From Candidatus Aminicenantia bacterium (GTDB taxonomy: Bacteria; Acidobacteriota; Aminicenantia; UBA2199): a stretch of 64,000 nt of DNA. The stretch lies in contig CBDDBX010000009.1 in the NCBI GenBank assembly GCA_965225955.1, forward strand, positions 68,880 to 132,879, in the 5' to 3' direction. Every line of letters starts with the position of its first letter. Positions within the stretch are counted from its first letter, which is position 1. The notes beneath the pieces were generated by a model. The model was given only the letters and a program-made list of their open reading frames with translations. It ran no database searches and was not told the DNA's origin. Made by a program: the position numbers and the translations under genes. This document shows, piece after piece, positions 10,220-20,498 of this stretch.

Positions 10220-10687
10220 CTCATCTTTATCAACAACCGGAATGTCACGGTTAATAGGGGTATCAAGACATATGAGGGTTTCAGTTGACTGAATATATGG
10301 AATTTCCTGCAGTCTTTCTGTAAGAAACATCTGGAGTCCTCTGGTTGAGGTGGCAATAGCTTTTATAAAGATGTTGTATTTGCCGGTTGTGTAGTGAGCT
10401 TCAAGAATTTCGGGTATTCTTCTTAACTCTTCAAGAACAGGCTTGTAATCCCTTGCATTATGCAGGTTTATTCCAACATATGCGCATACATCAAAGCCCA
10501 TTTTGTCTCTGTTAACAGCTATTTTACTGCCTTCAATGAGGCCGGCTTCAACCATTTTGTTGTATCTGATATGAATTGTACCACCCGATACATCAAGCTC
10601 TTTAGCCAGTAGCTGAAAGGGGTATCGGGCATTTTTCTGAAGTCTGTCCAGGATTTTTCTATCCAGTTTGTCAGGATTATAGCTCAT
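10208..10687 (-). CDS. Lrp/AsnC-family transcriptional regulator
   Basis: 159 aa with an N-terminal HTH (KLDRKILDRLQKNARYPFQLLAKELDVS) and a C-terminal RAM domain. Confidence 0.8.
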   Translation of the reverse strand: MSYNPDKLDRKILDRLQKNARYPFQLLAKELDVSGGTIHIRYNKMVEAGLIEGSKIAVNRDKMGFDVCAYVGINLHNARDYKPVLEELRRIPEILEAHYTTGKYNIFIKAIATSTRGLQMFLTERLQEIPYIQSTETLICLDTPINRDIPVVDKDEKPE

Positions 10688-11214
10688 TGGGTATTCCTTT
10701 ATGATTTATAGAATCTATTCTAAATACTATATTATTGTAAAGAGCTTTCTGACAAATTGCAAATCAATAATCAATCTTTTTCTCTTAAATTTTCTTTACA
10801 TTTGATTGGTATAAAAGAAATTACCTGATTTTTGTTTCCCCTTTTATAGTAGGGGTTCTGAAATCAAAAATATCAGAGATGTAATTAAATTATATAATTA
10901 AACATGTACAGTGTTTTGAAGGTAAATCACTATTTGAAACAAACATGAATTGCGTATATGGCTTAAAACAATAGTTTTTTGTGCTTAAAGTAAGAAAAAT
11001 TATAGCTATACTCTATTTATTATATTAAAATGATAAAAAAGATAGAAAAGTATTGACAAAAAATATCTAATATATCAGACTCATTGTGAAAGTTTCTTTT
11101 TTGTAGTTGGGAACTTGTAGCTGGTGTAACAAATTCTGACAGAGTGGAACCGTTACAGGATAAGTGCATACAAAAACTCCTGAGGGGAATCAGGGGAAAA
11201 AGATAGGAGGACGT

Positions 11215-13425
11215 ATGTCTGTAAAGTTTTTGTTTAGAATGTTGGTACTGTTGGTTTTATCAGGGGCTCTGATCGGTGGTCCTGGTAGTGGAAGAGCTTT
11301 TAAGGTTAAGCAGCCTGATGGAAGTCAGATCTGTCTGAAAGCTTATGGAGATGAGTTTCTTAGTTATGTAAGAACAGATGATGGGTATACTGTTGTTAAG
11401 CGTAGTGATGGCTGGTATGTTTATGCGGTTCCATCCAGAAGCGGATACCTGATGGCTTCAGATGTGAAAGTCAGTCCTCAGGGTATGAGAAGTACTCAGG
11501 AGCTTAAGTTTGCTGCTGCTCAGGGGAGAAACCTCATGCCTTCTGATGAGATAATCAGAAAATCGGAGAATAAGAGAAGAGTTTTTAATCAGGGATTAAG
11601 AACTGATAAGGGGCTTGTGCAGGCACTGAAAAAGAGCAGTGGTCCTGCGGAAGAAGCCTCCTCAACTGTAACATGGAATATTCTTGTAATATGTGTGGAC
11701 TTCTCTGATGATCCATCAACTCTCACAACTCAGCAGATTGATAACTTTTTTAATCAGACAGGTTTTACAGGTGGTTTCGGATCTCCTGGCAGCTTTAATG
11801 ACTATTTCAGGGATATCTCCTATGGAAAATTCGGAGTTGTTGCTGATGTAAAAGGATGGTATCGTGCGCCCCAGCCTCATAGTTACTATAACTGGACGCA
11901 TTCCCAGAAATGGGCCAGGTCGCAGGAGCTGACTGTTTTTGCAATGGATCAGGCAGAAGCTGATGGTGTGGACTACTCAAAATACGATAATGATGGAGAT
12001 GGTATTGTAGAGCAGGTGCTTATTGTTCATGCGGGACTTGGTGCTGCCCAGTGGGGAGAAAATCAGTATATCTGGCCTCATAAGAACAATATGTGGTCAA
12101 GTTTTGCCAGAACCTATGATGGCGTTTCGATTGCTGCCTATACTATGCAGGAAGAGATGCATCACAATACCTGGAGTGATGCAACTGAAAGGCAGGCGGG
12201 GCTGGGAATGTATGTTCATGAGTTTGGTCATGCTCTGGGATTACCGGATCTTTACGCTTACACATCCGGTACGTCATCTCTTGGGAACTGGAGTACTATG
12301 GCTTCAGGAAGCTGGCTGAATATTGGTAAGACTCCATCGCATTATGATGCATGGTGTAAAGAGCAGTTGGGATGGGTTGCTCCGACTGTGGTTACTTCAG
12401 GTCAGATGAATGTTAAATCTTTTGATGGTAATGCTGATAGTGTTAAGAGGATAAATATCAGCTCAACAGAGTATTTCCTCATAACCAACAGAACCCAGAG
12501 TGGATTTGATGCATATCTTCCGGGTGCTGGTATGAATATTCTTCATATTGATACAACAAAGGATGCTCAGGGAACCAATCCGAAAAAAGTCATGATGGAG
12601 CAGGCTGACGGGCTGAATGAACTGAATACTTCTGCAGACAGAGGGGATTCCGGCGACCTGTTTCCGGGAAGTGCAAATAACAGAAGTTTTACCAATACCA
12701 CTAATCCTGATACAAAACTGAATAATGGTAATGCCTCAGGAGTTTCAATAACTTCTATAAGTAATGCGCAATCTGTAATGAGTGCTACAGTAAGCAGTGG
12801 TAATACTCCTCCTTCAGCTGAAGCAAATGGTCCCTATTCAGCTACAGTTAACAGTGCAATTCAGTTCTCTTCAAATGGCTCTTATGACCAGGATGGTTCA
12901 ATAGTCTCTTATAGCTGGAATTTTGGTGATGGTACTACTTCTACTCTGACAAATCCATCTAAAACCTACTCTCAGTCAGGAAATTACACTGCAACATTAA
13001 CTGTAACAGATAATGGTGGTGCTACAGGAACAGATAGTGCGGCAGTTACTGTTAATTCACAGGGAGGAAGCTTCATAACTACTGAAACTGAACCTAATGG
13101 GTCACCTGCTACGGCAAGTGGACCTGTTGGTAATAATATTTTAGTAAGTGGTGGATTGAGTTCCTCAGATTATAATGATTACTACTTCTTTAATTCCAAT
13201 AATGGAACTGTAAATATTGAAGTTACTACTACATCCGGTGCACCTATAACCTGGGTTCTGTATAAGGCTTCAGATACTTCAACTTACGCTGCCTGGGGAA
13301 CTGCTTCAAATGGGGTTATTTCAGGTAGTTATAATGTAACAACCAGTGGTAAGTATATAATCAATGTCTATACATGGTCTTCCGGTGCCAGCTATACTCT
13401 CAAGGTAACTGGTCCATTGTATTAA
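11215..13425 (+). CDS. Secreted M6-family (immune inhibitor A-like) zinc metalloprotease with a PKD domain and a C-terminal pre-peptidase domain
   Basis: AGGAGG RBS before MSVKFLFRMLVLLVL (signal peptide). HEFGHALGLPDLY zinc motif. PKD-like 'WNFGDGT' motif. Confidence 0.75.
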   Translation: MSVKFLFRMLVLLVLSGALIGGPGSGRAFKVKQPDGSQICLKAYGDEFLSYVRTDDGYTVVKRSDGWYVYAVPSRSGYLMASDVKVSPQGMRSTQELKFAAAQGRNLMPSDEIIRKSENKRRVFNQGLRTDKGLVQALKKSSGPAEEASSTVTWNILVICVDFSDDPSTLTTQQIDNFFNQTGFTGGFGSPGSFNDYFRDISYGKFGVVADVKGWYRAPQPHSYYNWTHSQKWARSQELTVFAMDQAEADGVDYSKYDNDGDGIVEQVLIVHAGLGAAQWGENQYIWPHKNNMWSSFARTYDGVSIAAYTMQEEMHHNTWSDATERQAGLGMYVHEFGHALGLPDLYAYTSGTSSLGNWSTMASGSWLNIGKTPSHYDAWCKEQLGWVAPTVVTSGQMNVKSFDGNADSVKRINISSTEYFLITNRTQSGFDAYLPGAGMNILHIDTTKDAQGTNPKKVMMEQADGLNELNTSADRGDSGDLFPGSANNRSFTNTTNPDTKLNNGNASGVSITSISNAQSVMSATVSSGNTPPSAEANGPYSATVNSAIQFSSNGSYDQDGSIVSYSWNFGDGTTSTLTNPSKTYSQSGNYTATLTVTDNGGATGTDSAAVTVNSQGGSFITTETEPNGSPATASGPVGNNILVSGGLSSSDYNDYYFFNSNNGTVNIEVTTTSGAPITWVLYKASDTSTYAAWGTASNGVISGSYNVTTSGKYIINVYTWSSGASYTLKVTGPLY

Positions 13426-13444
13426 AAACTACTCCATAAATAAT

Positions 13445-13470
13445 AACAGGGCGGGCTGAAAAGCCCGCTT
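13445..13470 (+). terminator. Intrinsic terminator after the M6 protease gene
   Basis: gcgggc-tgaaaa-gcccgc hairpin followed by a T-containing run. Confidence 0.5.
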
Positions 13471-13568
13471 CTATCGGATAACGCGTCTGGTATATCAGAA
13501 AAAAAACTTTTACCCTGTAATTCAGATCTTTGGATTGACTATGTGCTGTGTTGCTGTTATTTTTAATG

Positions 13569-13583
13569 CATAGAAAGTCTATG
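13569..13583 (+). promoter_or_regulatory. Perfect 6-3-6 palindrome CATAGA-aag-TCTATG; candidate PadR operator overlapping the predicted transcription start site
   Basis: 24 bp upstream of PadR-1. Sits just downstream of a TTGACT-N17-TATTTT promoter at 13535-13563. Confidence 0.4.
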
Positions 13584-13606
13584 TATGTAGACTGCGGAGG
13601 TATTAA

Positions 13607-13954
13607 ATGATTTCAAAAGCCCTTGCTGCAGCATCAACAAAACCGATGATTCTGGCAATATTAAAAGAGGAAGAGAGTTACGGTTATCAGATTGTTAAAA
13701 GAGTAAAGTCTGTTTCCGGCGGAGAACTGGAATGGGCTGAAGGTATGCTTTATCCAGTACTCCACAGAATGCAGAGGGAGGGGCTTGTTGAAACAGAATG
13801 GAAGATATCTGCTGAAGGAAGAAGAAGGAAATATTATAGAATAACAGAGGTCGGTATTGAAGAGCTTAATACTGAGATAGGTCAGTGGGGGAAAATAAAT
13901 TCAATATTTCAAACTCTGCTTGAACCAGTGGAAATGGGGGAGTGTAATGTTTAA
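13607..13954 (+). CDS. PadR-family transcriptional regulator (module 1)
   Basis: 115 aa. Winged-helix PadR motif 'YGYQI...GMLYPVLHRMQREGLVE'. Confidence 0.8.
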   Translation: MISKALAAASTKPMILAILKEEESYGYQIVKRVKSVSGGELEWAEGMLYPVLHRMQREGLVETEWKISAEGRRRKYYRITEVGIEELNTEIGQWGKINSIFQTLLEPVEMGECNV

Positions 13955-16523
13955 TCTGGAAAAAGAGATAAAAAAGTGGAGGCGCAATCTCTATAAATAC
14001 AGAGGTTTTGAAGATGGGCATGTTGAGGAGCTCACAGATCACCTTCGGGATCATGTTGAGGAGTCTGTTAAAACTGGTTTGAGTGAGGAGAAGGCATTCT
14101 CAAAAGCCTGTGCTGAAATGGGGACAGGTGAAGATATGAACCGGGATTTCAGAAGAGCCGGAATAAGTGGCGGACTGCTGGGAAACTATTTTCGTATAGC
14201 CTGGAGAAGCCTTGTAAATAATCGTATCTACTCAGTTATAAACATAGCCGGACTGGCTGTAGGTTTTATCTGCCTTATAATTATGGGGCTTCAGTTTCGC
14301 TGGGAATACAGCTATGACAAACATTTTAAACATTCAGGTCGCCTCTACAGAGTGTATGATAATCAGAAGAGAAACGGAGAAGTCTTTAGTGTAGCAACAG
14401 TTATGCTTCCATTAGGACCGGCTATTGAGAAAGAAGTTCCTGAAATTGAGAAAGCAGTAAGAATCAGTCACAACGGTGCTCTTTTTAAACTCGGAGACAA
14501 GAGATTTGTTGAGAGTATCTATTATGCAGATGATAAGTTTGTTGAAGTTATGGGGCTGGAGTTAGTAAAGGGAACTTCTGATTTCAGCTCTTCAGGTTCA
14601 ATAGTTTTATCTGAATCCTTTGCAAAGAAGTATTTTGGTAAAACTGATCCTCTGGGGAAGGTAATGTATATGAATATTAATACTCCCCTTGTAGTTAGTG
14701 GCGTTATCGGGGATACCCCTCTTAATTCCCATCTGAGTTTTAACATGCTTGTGTCTATGAAGGTATATGAGAAGGTTAAATATAATACTCTTACTAATTG
14801 GAACTCAACGCGGAATGACTATACATACGTTTTGCTTAAACCAGAAAGTTCTGTGGAAAATGTCGAAAGAAGTATAGCTGGAGTACTGAAAAAGAACCTC
14901 TCTGAAAATGGTAGGAAAAGTCACGATATGAAGCTTCAGAAACTCACTGATATACACTTTATGCCTCTTGGGCATGATCATTCAAGATCAGTGCCGGAGA
15001 AGTACATAAAGATTTTTGGGCTTGTGGGAATTCTTATAATGATTATTGCTTGTATAAACTATGTTAATCTTGCAACAGCACGCTCATCCGGCAGAGCCAG
15101 GGAGTCCGGTATGAGAAAGGTTCTGGGAGCAGGAAAAGGTCAGCTTATGAGGCAGTTCCTGACTGAATCCCTCTTTACTTCAGCCGGTGGATTTCTGCTG
15201 GCTGTTTTTATGCTGGGGGCTATTATACCTTTTCTGCAGAGGACTTTTGGTATGGCAATAAGCTTCAGCGGTATGTTTGAACCGGATTTTCTTCTGTACA
15301 TGATTCTTGTGGTTGCTGGGGTAGGTTTACTGTCGGGTTTCTATCCTGCTTTTATTATCTCATCTTTCTCACCGGTAAAGAATTTCAGAGAGAAGAAAAG
15401 TGGAGGAACAAGGTTGAGAGGTGTTCTGGTAACAGGGCAGTTCGCTGTATCCATTCTTCTTATTATTGCAAATATAATGGTTTACCGACAGGTGGATTTT
15501 ATGAAGAAAAGAGATCCGGGATTTGAATCAGATAACATTATGGTTGTACGCACCGGTAAAGATAATGTAGGAAGAAAAATTGATGCTTTCAGGGATACTC
15601 TCATGAGATCTCCCTATGCCTCAGGTGTTACTGTATCCAGCGGTACTCCGGGATCAGGTAGCAGTAGTACAAGTAACTATACACCGGAAGGCAGAGAGAA
15701 AGATGTCTATATGAGAGATATAAGAGTGGATTATGATTTTATGAAGATATATGGAATAAAACTGCTTTCCGGCAGGTGGTTTTCTAAAAAAATGGGGGAA
15801 GACAGAAGTTCTACCTGTATTATTAATGAAGCTGCAGCAAGGAAGATAGGATGGGAAAAACCTGAAGGGAAGTTTATAACTGCTGGTGGAGGAGGCGATA
15901 AGTTCAGGGTAATAGGAGTTATTAAGGACTTTCAGTATGGATCTGCCAGAAAACAGATCTGGCCTACTATATACACTATTGGAACAGGAAGCTTTGTAAC
16001 TGTCAGATTCAGAGAGAGTAATAAGAGTATTATTAAGGATGAAATAAAAAGAATATATCAGAGTTTTAATCCCGAATATCCTTTTTCAGGTTATCATGTG
16101 ACTGTAAGAATGGAACGGTTTTTAAGAATGGAAAACATTATCTTTAAGCTTCTGAATATATCTACTATTGTGGCGCTTCTTATCAGCTGCCTTGGAATAT
16201 ACGGGCTTATCTCATTTACTGTGGAGCAGAAGTCAAAAGAGATAGGAATAAGAAAGGTACTTGGAGCGCCTTCTCCAACAATCTTTATTCAGTTACTTAA
16301 AGGTTTTGGCTTCTGGGTTGTGCTGGCGAATCTGGTAGCTTTTCCTTCAGGCTATTTTCTAATTAACCAGTGGCTTGGAAATTATGCCTATAAAGTAGAT
16401 CTGCCATTATGGATTTTTCCTCTGTCCTCACTGTTTTCACTCATTATTGCAATTATGGCAGCAGGGTTAAAAGCCTGGGCTGCTGCCGGAGCAGATCCGG
16501 TAAAGAGCCTGAAGTATGAATGA
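13947..16523 (+). CDS. Orphan ABC-type permease with duplicated FtsX domains (MacB/ADOP-like) and an N-terminal cytoplasmic 'permease prefix' domain (module 1)
   Basis: About 860 aa. Two FtsX-like 4-TM blocks (about residues 370-490 and the C-terminus). No adjacent ATPase. The ATG at 13947 overlaps the PadR stop. Confidence 0.75.
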   Translation: MFNLEKEIKKWRRNLYKYRGFEDGHVEELTDHLRDHVEESVKTGLSEEKAFSKACAEMGTGEDMNRDFRRAGISGGLLGNYFRIAWRSLVNNRIYSVINIAGLAVGFICLIIMGLQFRWEYSYDKHFKHSGRLYRVYDNQKRNGEVFSVATVMLPLGPAIEKEVPEIEKAVRISHNGALFKLGDKRFVESIYYADDKFVEVMGLELVKGTSDFSSSGSIVLSESFAKKYFGKTDPLGKVMYMNINTPLVVSGVIGDTPLNSHLSFNMLVSMKVYEKVKYNTLTNWNSTRNDYTYVLLKPESSVENVERSIAGVLKKNLSENGRKSHDMKLQKLTDIHFMPLGHDHSRSVPEKYIKIFGLVGILIMIIACINYVNLATARSSGRARESGMRKVLGAGKGQLMRQFLTESLFTSAGGFLLAVFMLGAIIPFLQRTFGMAISFSGMFEPDFLLYMILVVAGVGLLSGFYPAFIISSFSPVKNFREKKSGGTRLRGVLVTGQFAVSILLIIANIMVYRQVDFMKKRDPGFESDNIMVVRTGKDNVGRKIDAFRDTLMRSPYASGVTVSSGTPGSGSSSTSNYTPEGREKDVYMRDIRVDYDFMKIYGIKLLSGRWFSKKMGEDRSSTCIINEAAARKIGWEKPEGKFITAGGGGDKFRVIGVIKDFQYGSARKQIWPTIYTIGTGSFVTVRFRESNKSIIKDEIKRIYQSFNPEYPFSGYHVTVRMERFLRMENIIFKLLNISTIVALLISCLGIYGLISFTVEQKSKEIGIRKVLGAPSPTIFIQLLKGFGFWVVLANLVAFPSGYFLINQWLGNYAYKVDLPLWIFPLSSLFSLIIAIMAAGLKAWAAAGADPVKSLKYE

Positions 16524-16561
16524 GCTATTGATTTAAGATGAATTAGATCTATAATGGCTTT

Positions 16562-17443
16562 ATGTACAGAAAGTTTTTGAAAAGTGCCGGAGATAACAGA
16601 GAGTACAAATATTCAGTTCTGATTCCTACATGGAATAATCTGGATTATCTGAAACTATGTATTGAGAGTATTGAAAAAAACTCTCAATACAAACACCAGA
16701 TAATTATTCATATTAATGAAGGAACGGATGGTACAGTTGAGTGGGTTGAACAGAGTGGCTATGACTATGTACATAGTGATGAGAATATAGGTATCTGCTA
16801 TGCACTTAATCTGGCACGCTCTCTGGTAAGAACAGACTATATCCTGTATATGAATGACGATATGTACGTTTGCCCGGACTGGGATACAGAACTTGGCAGA
16901 GCCGTTGAGAAATCTGAAAGTAAGTTCTTCTTCTATTCATCTACAATGATTGAACCTGAAGATACAGGAAATAGCTGTGTTATTGTTGGGGATTATGGTT
17001 CCGGCCCGGGAGATTTCAGGGAAAAAGAGCTGCTTAAAGAGTTTTCAGGTTATAAAAAAGATAACTGGCTGGGAGCAACATGGCCTCCTAATATAGTGCA
17101 CAGGGATGTGTGGGATCTGGTAGGTGGTTACAGTACGGAATTTTCACCGGGAATGTACTCAGATCCTGATTTCACAATGAAGTTGTGGAATCTTGGAGTA
17201 AGGGATATCAGAGGTATTGCCTCTTCCAGAGTATACCATTTTGGTGGAAGATCTACTGGAAGACTTAAAAGAAAGAGTCAGGGTAAGAAGATCTTTTTAA
17301 ATAAATGGGGAATGACTCCCGGGAATTTTGTGAGATATATTATAAAAAGAGGAGAGACGGGGGACTCTGTGCTTAGTGAACCTGCAAAATGTATCAGAAG
17401 CAGATTCAGAGCTCTGGCAGATAGAATAAGAAGGTATTGCTGA
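16562..17443 (+). CDS. Family 2 glycosyltransferase
   Basis: YSVLIPTWNN N-terminus and a DDMYVCPDWD (DxD) motif. Confidence 0.7.
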   Translation: MYRKFLKSAGDNREYKYSVLIPTWNNLDYLKLCIESIEKNSQYKHQIIIHINEGTDGTVEWVEQSGYDYVHSDENIGICYALNLARSLVRTDYILYMNDDMYVCPDWDTELGRAVEKSESKFFFYSSTMIEPEDTGNSCVIVGDYGSGPGDFREKELLKEFSGYKKDNWLGATWPPNIVHRDVWDLVGGYSTEFSPGMYSDPDFTMKLWNLGVRDIRGIASSRVYHFGGRSTGRLKRKSQGKKIFLNKWGMTPGNFVRYIIKRGETGDSVLSEPAKCIRSRFRALADRIRRYC

Positions 17444-17509
17444 AGATTCATAATGCTGTTGACATAATGTTTTCTTTATGGGAAAATTAAAATTGGACGG
17501 TGTACGCTA

Positions 17510-18139
17510 ATGCCTCAGATAAAGAAAGATGAAATAAGAAATGCACTGCTTGAAACTGCTGCTTCAGAGTTTATGAGCAAAGGGTTCAAGGATGCTTCGA
17601 TAAGAAAAATCGGAGAAATTGCAGGAGTATCAAAGAGTAATCTGTATACATATTTCAGAAATAAGGATCACCTTTTTGAAGAACTGGTTAAGCCTGCAGT
17701 AATTGAGATAGAAGGCTGGTTCAAAGATATTGACCGACCTGAGAGGTTTGGGGAAGACACATGGGGACTGAATTACCATCTTGAACTAATAGAAGGACTT
17801 GCAGATTTTATAGATAGAAGAAGAATGGAATTGTATCTGATTGTATTCAAGTCTTTCGGTTCATCTTTTCAGAACTACTACAACAATTTCATTGGGCGTT
17901 GTACAGCTCTTAATATTAAAAACTTACCTTATTATGCTGAGAAGATGAATTTTAAGAACCGTAATGTATCAAAATTTTTTACTCATAATCTTGCAGCATC
18001 ATATGCAGGGTTTATTAAAGAACTACTGATGCATAATGTCCAGAGAAAGGAAATACTTATATACGGAAAAGAGTTTATGACTTACTCTTATTGCGGTAGC
18101 GCGTCACTTTATGGTTATGAAGAGTGGTTGGATAGATAA
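17510..18139 (+). CDS. TetR/AcrR-family transcriptional regulator
   Basis: N-terminal HTH 'FMSKGFKDASIRKIGEIAGVSKSNLYTYF'. Confidence 0.8.
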   Translation: MPQIKKDEIRNALLETAASEFMSKGFKDASIRKIGEIAGVSKSNLYTYFRNKDHLFEELVKPAVIEIEGWFKDIDRPERFGEDTWGLNYHLELIEGLADFIDRRRMELYLIVFKSFGSSFQNYYNNFIGRCTALNIKNLPYYAEKMNFKNRNVSKFFTHNLAASYAGFIKELLMHNVQRKEILIYGKEFMTYSYCGSASLYGYEEWLDR

Positions 18140-18188
18140 AAAATTTAAATAAAAAAAGGACGCTGTCCTTTTATTGAGGAGAGGATAG

Positions 18189-19208
18189 ATGAAAAAATTA
18201 CCTGAAGTCAGGGGGTCCTGGAAAAGCTTTTATGAGCTTACAACATATTCTGTCAAAAGCACAGTCTTTATGGCTTCACTGAAACTGAAGATATACGACT
18301 ATATGCAGAACTGGAGTACCCCTGAGGAGATTGCATGGGAAGCGGGTTGTAATAAACGTAATCTTGAGTTAATACTCAATGCTCTGGCAGGAATGGACAT
18401 AGTAATCAAATCAAATGGAAAGTTTGTAAACAGCCCAGAATCACAGGAATTTCTCGTTTCTGACAAAGATACATGGATTGGTGATTTTCTGCTCCACGTA
18501 TCAGCCTGGAACAACCTGACAGAAGAGGATTATGTTAAACTTGTAAAACAGGGCCCTCCTGCAGAGAGTCCCGATATCTCTGAAGCAGGCTTGTGGGCTA
18601 AGAGTGCAAAATTGTCTGCACCTTATCAATATACCGGAGCAGCCCAGAGAGTTGCAGGAATAATATCTTCTGTGTCTGATTTCAGAAATATGAAGAGAAT
18701 GATGGATCTTGGTGGTGGTTCCGGTTTCTACTCCATGGCGGTTGCTGAATTGCATCCGGAAATACAGGTTGTTGTATTTGATCAGCCTGAAGTTACAGAG
18801 GTGGCAAAGGAGTTTATATGCCAGTATGATATGGAGCACAGGGTTTCTGTACTTCCTGGGGATTACATGACTGATTCATTTCAGAATACATATGATCTGA
18901 TTCTTGCGAGTGCAACTCTCAATTTTGTCAAAAAAGATCTGAATGAAATAGTTCAGAAGATATACGATGCTCTGGAGCCTGGAGGATATTTTGTGAGTCA
19001 TGCAGATGGTCTTCTTAAAGAGAGAACCCATCCTGTTAATTTTATATCAGAGTTTCTGGTTGGAGAACTTATGGGCAATGATTTTGGTTTCCCTTCAGGT
19101 ATGATCGGTAATGCTATGGCGGAAACCGGGTTCATTCATATAAGAAGTTTCTTTGTGGATTCTGATTCAGGTGAAATGGAGATCACTATAGGAAGAAAAG
19201 GCAAGTAG
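18189..19208 (+). CDS. SAM-dependent O-methyltransferase (family 2-like), tandem copy 1
   Basis: SAM-binding motif 'DLGGGSGFYS'. N-terminal dimerisation-like domain. Close paralog of the downstream ORF. Confidence 0.7.
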   Translation: MKKLPEVRGSWKSFYELTTYSVKSTVFMASLKLKIYDYMQNWSTPEEIAWEAGCNKRNLELILNALAGMDIVIKSNGKFVNSPESQEFLVSDKDTWIGDFLLHVSAWNNLTEEDYVKLVKQGPPAESPDISEAGLWAKSAKLSAPYQYTGAAQRVAGIISSVSDFRNMKRMMDLGGGSGFYSMAVAELHPEIQVVVFDQPEVTEVAKEFICQYDMEHRVSVLPGDYMTDSFQNTYDLILASATLNFVKKDLNEIVQKIYDALEPGGYFVSHADGLLKERTHPVNFISEFLVGELMGNDFGFPSGMIGNAMAETGFIHIRSFFVDSDSGEMEITIGRKGK

Positions 19209-19256
19209 ATATAGAGATGAGGGTAATTGCCGTGTTTTGTTAAAGGAGGAGTTAAA

Positions 19257-20276
19257 ATGAAAAAAATGCCTGAAATTAAAGGATCATGGAAGAGATTTTA
19301 TGATCTTACAGGTTTTACAGTAAGAAGTACTCTGTTTAAGGCATCACTGGAATGGAAGATATATGATTATATGCAGAATAGAGTTTCAGCTTCAGACATT
19401 GCGTCAGATCTTGATTACAATAAACGTAATCTTGAGCTGGTTCTGAATGCACTTGCAGGTATGGGGATTATAGAAAAAAGTAACGGTCTTTTTATTAACA
19501 GCCCTGATGCACAGGAGTTTCTTGTATCAACGGGTAGTGCATATATAGGTGAATTTCTTCTCTATATATCCAAGTGGAATACACTGACTGAAGAAGATTA
19601 TGGAAATCTTGTTAAGAATGGCCCCCCGGAAGAGCAACCTGACATGTCTGATGAGGCGTTCTGGGCTAAAGGTGCTGAATTATCAGCAGCTTATCAATAT
19701 GCAGGTGACGCTCAGAAGGTGGCATCAATTATTGCGGGAATTCCTGAGTTTTCTTCAATAAAAACTATGCTTGATATGGGCGGAGGGCCTGGTTTCTATG
19801 CTATGGCCATGGTTAACAGGCACCCTGATATGAAAGCTGTGATCTTTGATCAGCCTGCTGTTACTGAAGTAGCAGCTGATTTTATAAAAAGCTATGAAAT
19901 GGAAGACAGAATCTCTGTAAGAGCTGGTAACTATATGGAGGATTCTCTTGGTGGGAAGTACGATCTTATATTTGCCAGTGCTACTTTGAATTTTTTTAAG
20001 GGCAGACTGGACGAAATTATAGAGAAAATATACGAGTCACTTGAACCCGGGGGGAGTTTTATAAGTTATTCTGATGGAATGACTAAAGAGAAAACACACC
20101 CTGTAGAGTTTGCAACAGGTTTTCTGGCTGCAGAACTAGGGGGTAATGATTTTAGTTTCCACTCTGGTCTGGTAGGAGATATTATGCTGGAGAAAGGCTT
20201 CAATAGAGTAAGAAGTTTCTTTGTAAATGCCACTACAGGTGAGATGGAGATAACTATAGGAAGAAAAGGTAAGTAG
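19257..20276 (+). CDS. SAM-dependent O-methyltransferase (family 2-like), tandem copy 2
   Basis: GGAGG RBS before MKKMPEIKGSWKRFY. 'DMGGGPGFYA' motif. About 60-65 % identical to copy 1 across the whole length, and the 30 bp after the stop codon are also conserved. Confidence 0.7.
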   Translation: MKKMPEIKGSWKRFYDLTGFTVRSTLFKASLEWKIYDYMQNRVSASDIASDLDYNKRNLELVLNALAGMGIIEKSNGLFINSPDAQEFLVSTGSAYIGEFLLYISKWNTLTEEDYGNLVKNGPPEEQPDMSDEAFWAKGAELSAAYQYAGDAQKVASIIAGIPEFSSIKTMLDMGGGPGFYAMAMVNRHPDMKAVIFDQPAVTEVAADFIKSYEMEDRISVRAGNYMEDSLGGKYDLIFASATLNFFKGRLDEIIEKIYESLEPGGSFISYSDGMTKEKTHPVEFATGFLAAELGGNDFSFHSGLVGDIMLEKGFNRVRSFFVNATTGEMEITIGRKGK

Positions 20277-20345
20277 ATATAGAAATAAGGGTAGTACCGT
20301 TTCGCTGGTGACACAAAGAACAGAGATTTTTACGTACTGACAATG

Positions 20346-20397
20346 ACAAACACAGGTGATTGCAGGATAAACTATTGTCGTGTACTCCTGTGTTTGT
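20346..20397. repeat. Perfect 11-bp inverted repeat (acaaacacagg ... cctgtgtttgt) with a 30-nt spacer
   Basis: Read directly from the sequence. Located in the OMT2-GT4 intergenic region. Confidence 0.6.
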
Positions 20398-20498
20398 TTC
20401 TGTATGTCATTTCCTGGATTTAGCTGAGATATATTCCTGGCATATTTTAGTTTTGACAATAAGTCTCAATCAATTAAAATGGAAACAGGAGATTAGTA

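Noticed and set aside
11100-11160. Sigma54-like 'tggaaccgttacagg' upstream of the M6 protease gene
   Set aside because: It does not fit TGGCAC-N5-TTGC spacing or sequence.
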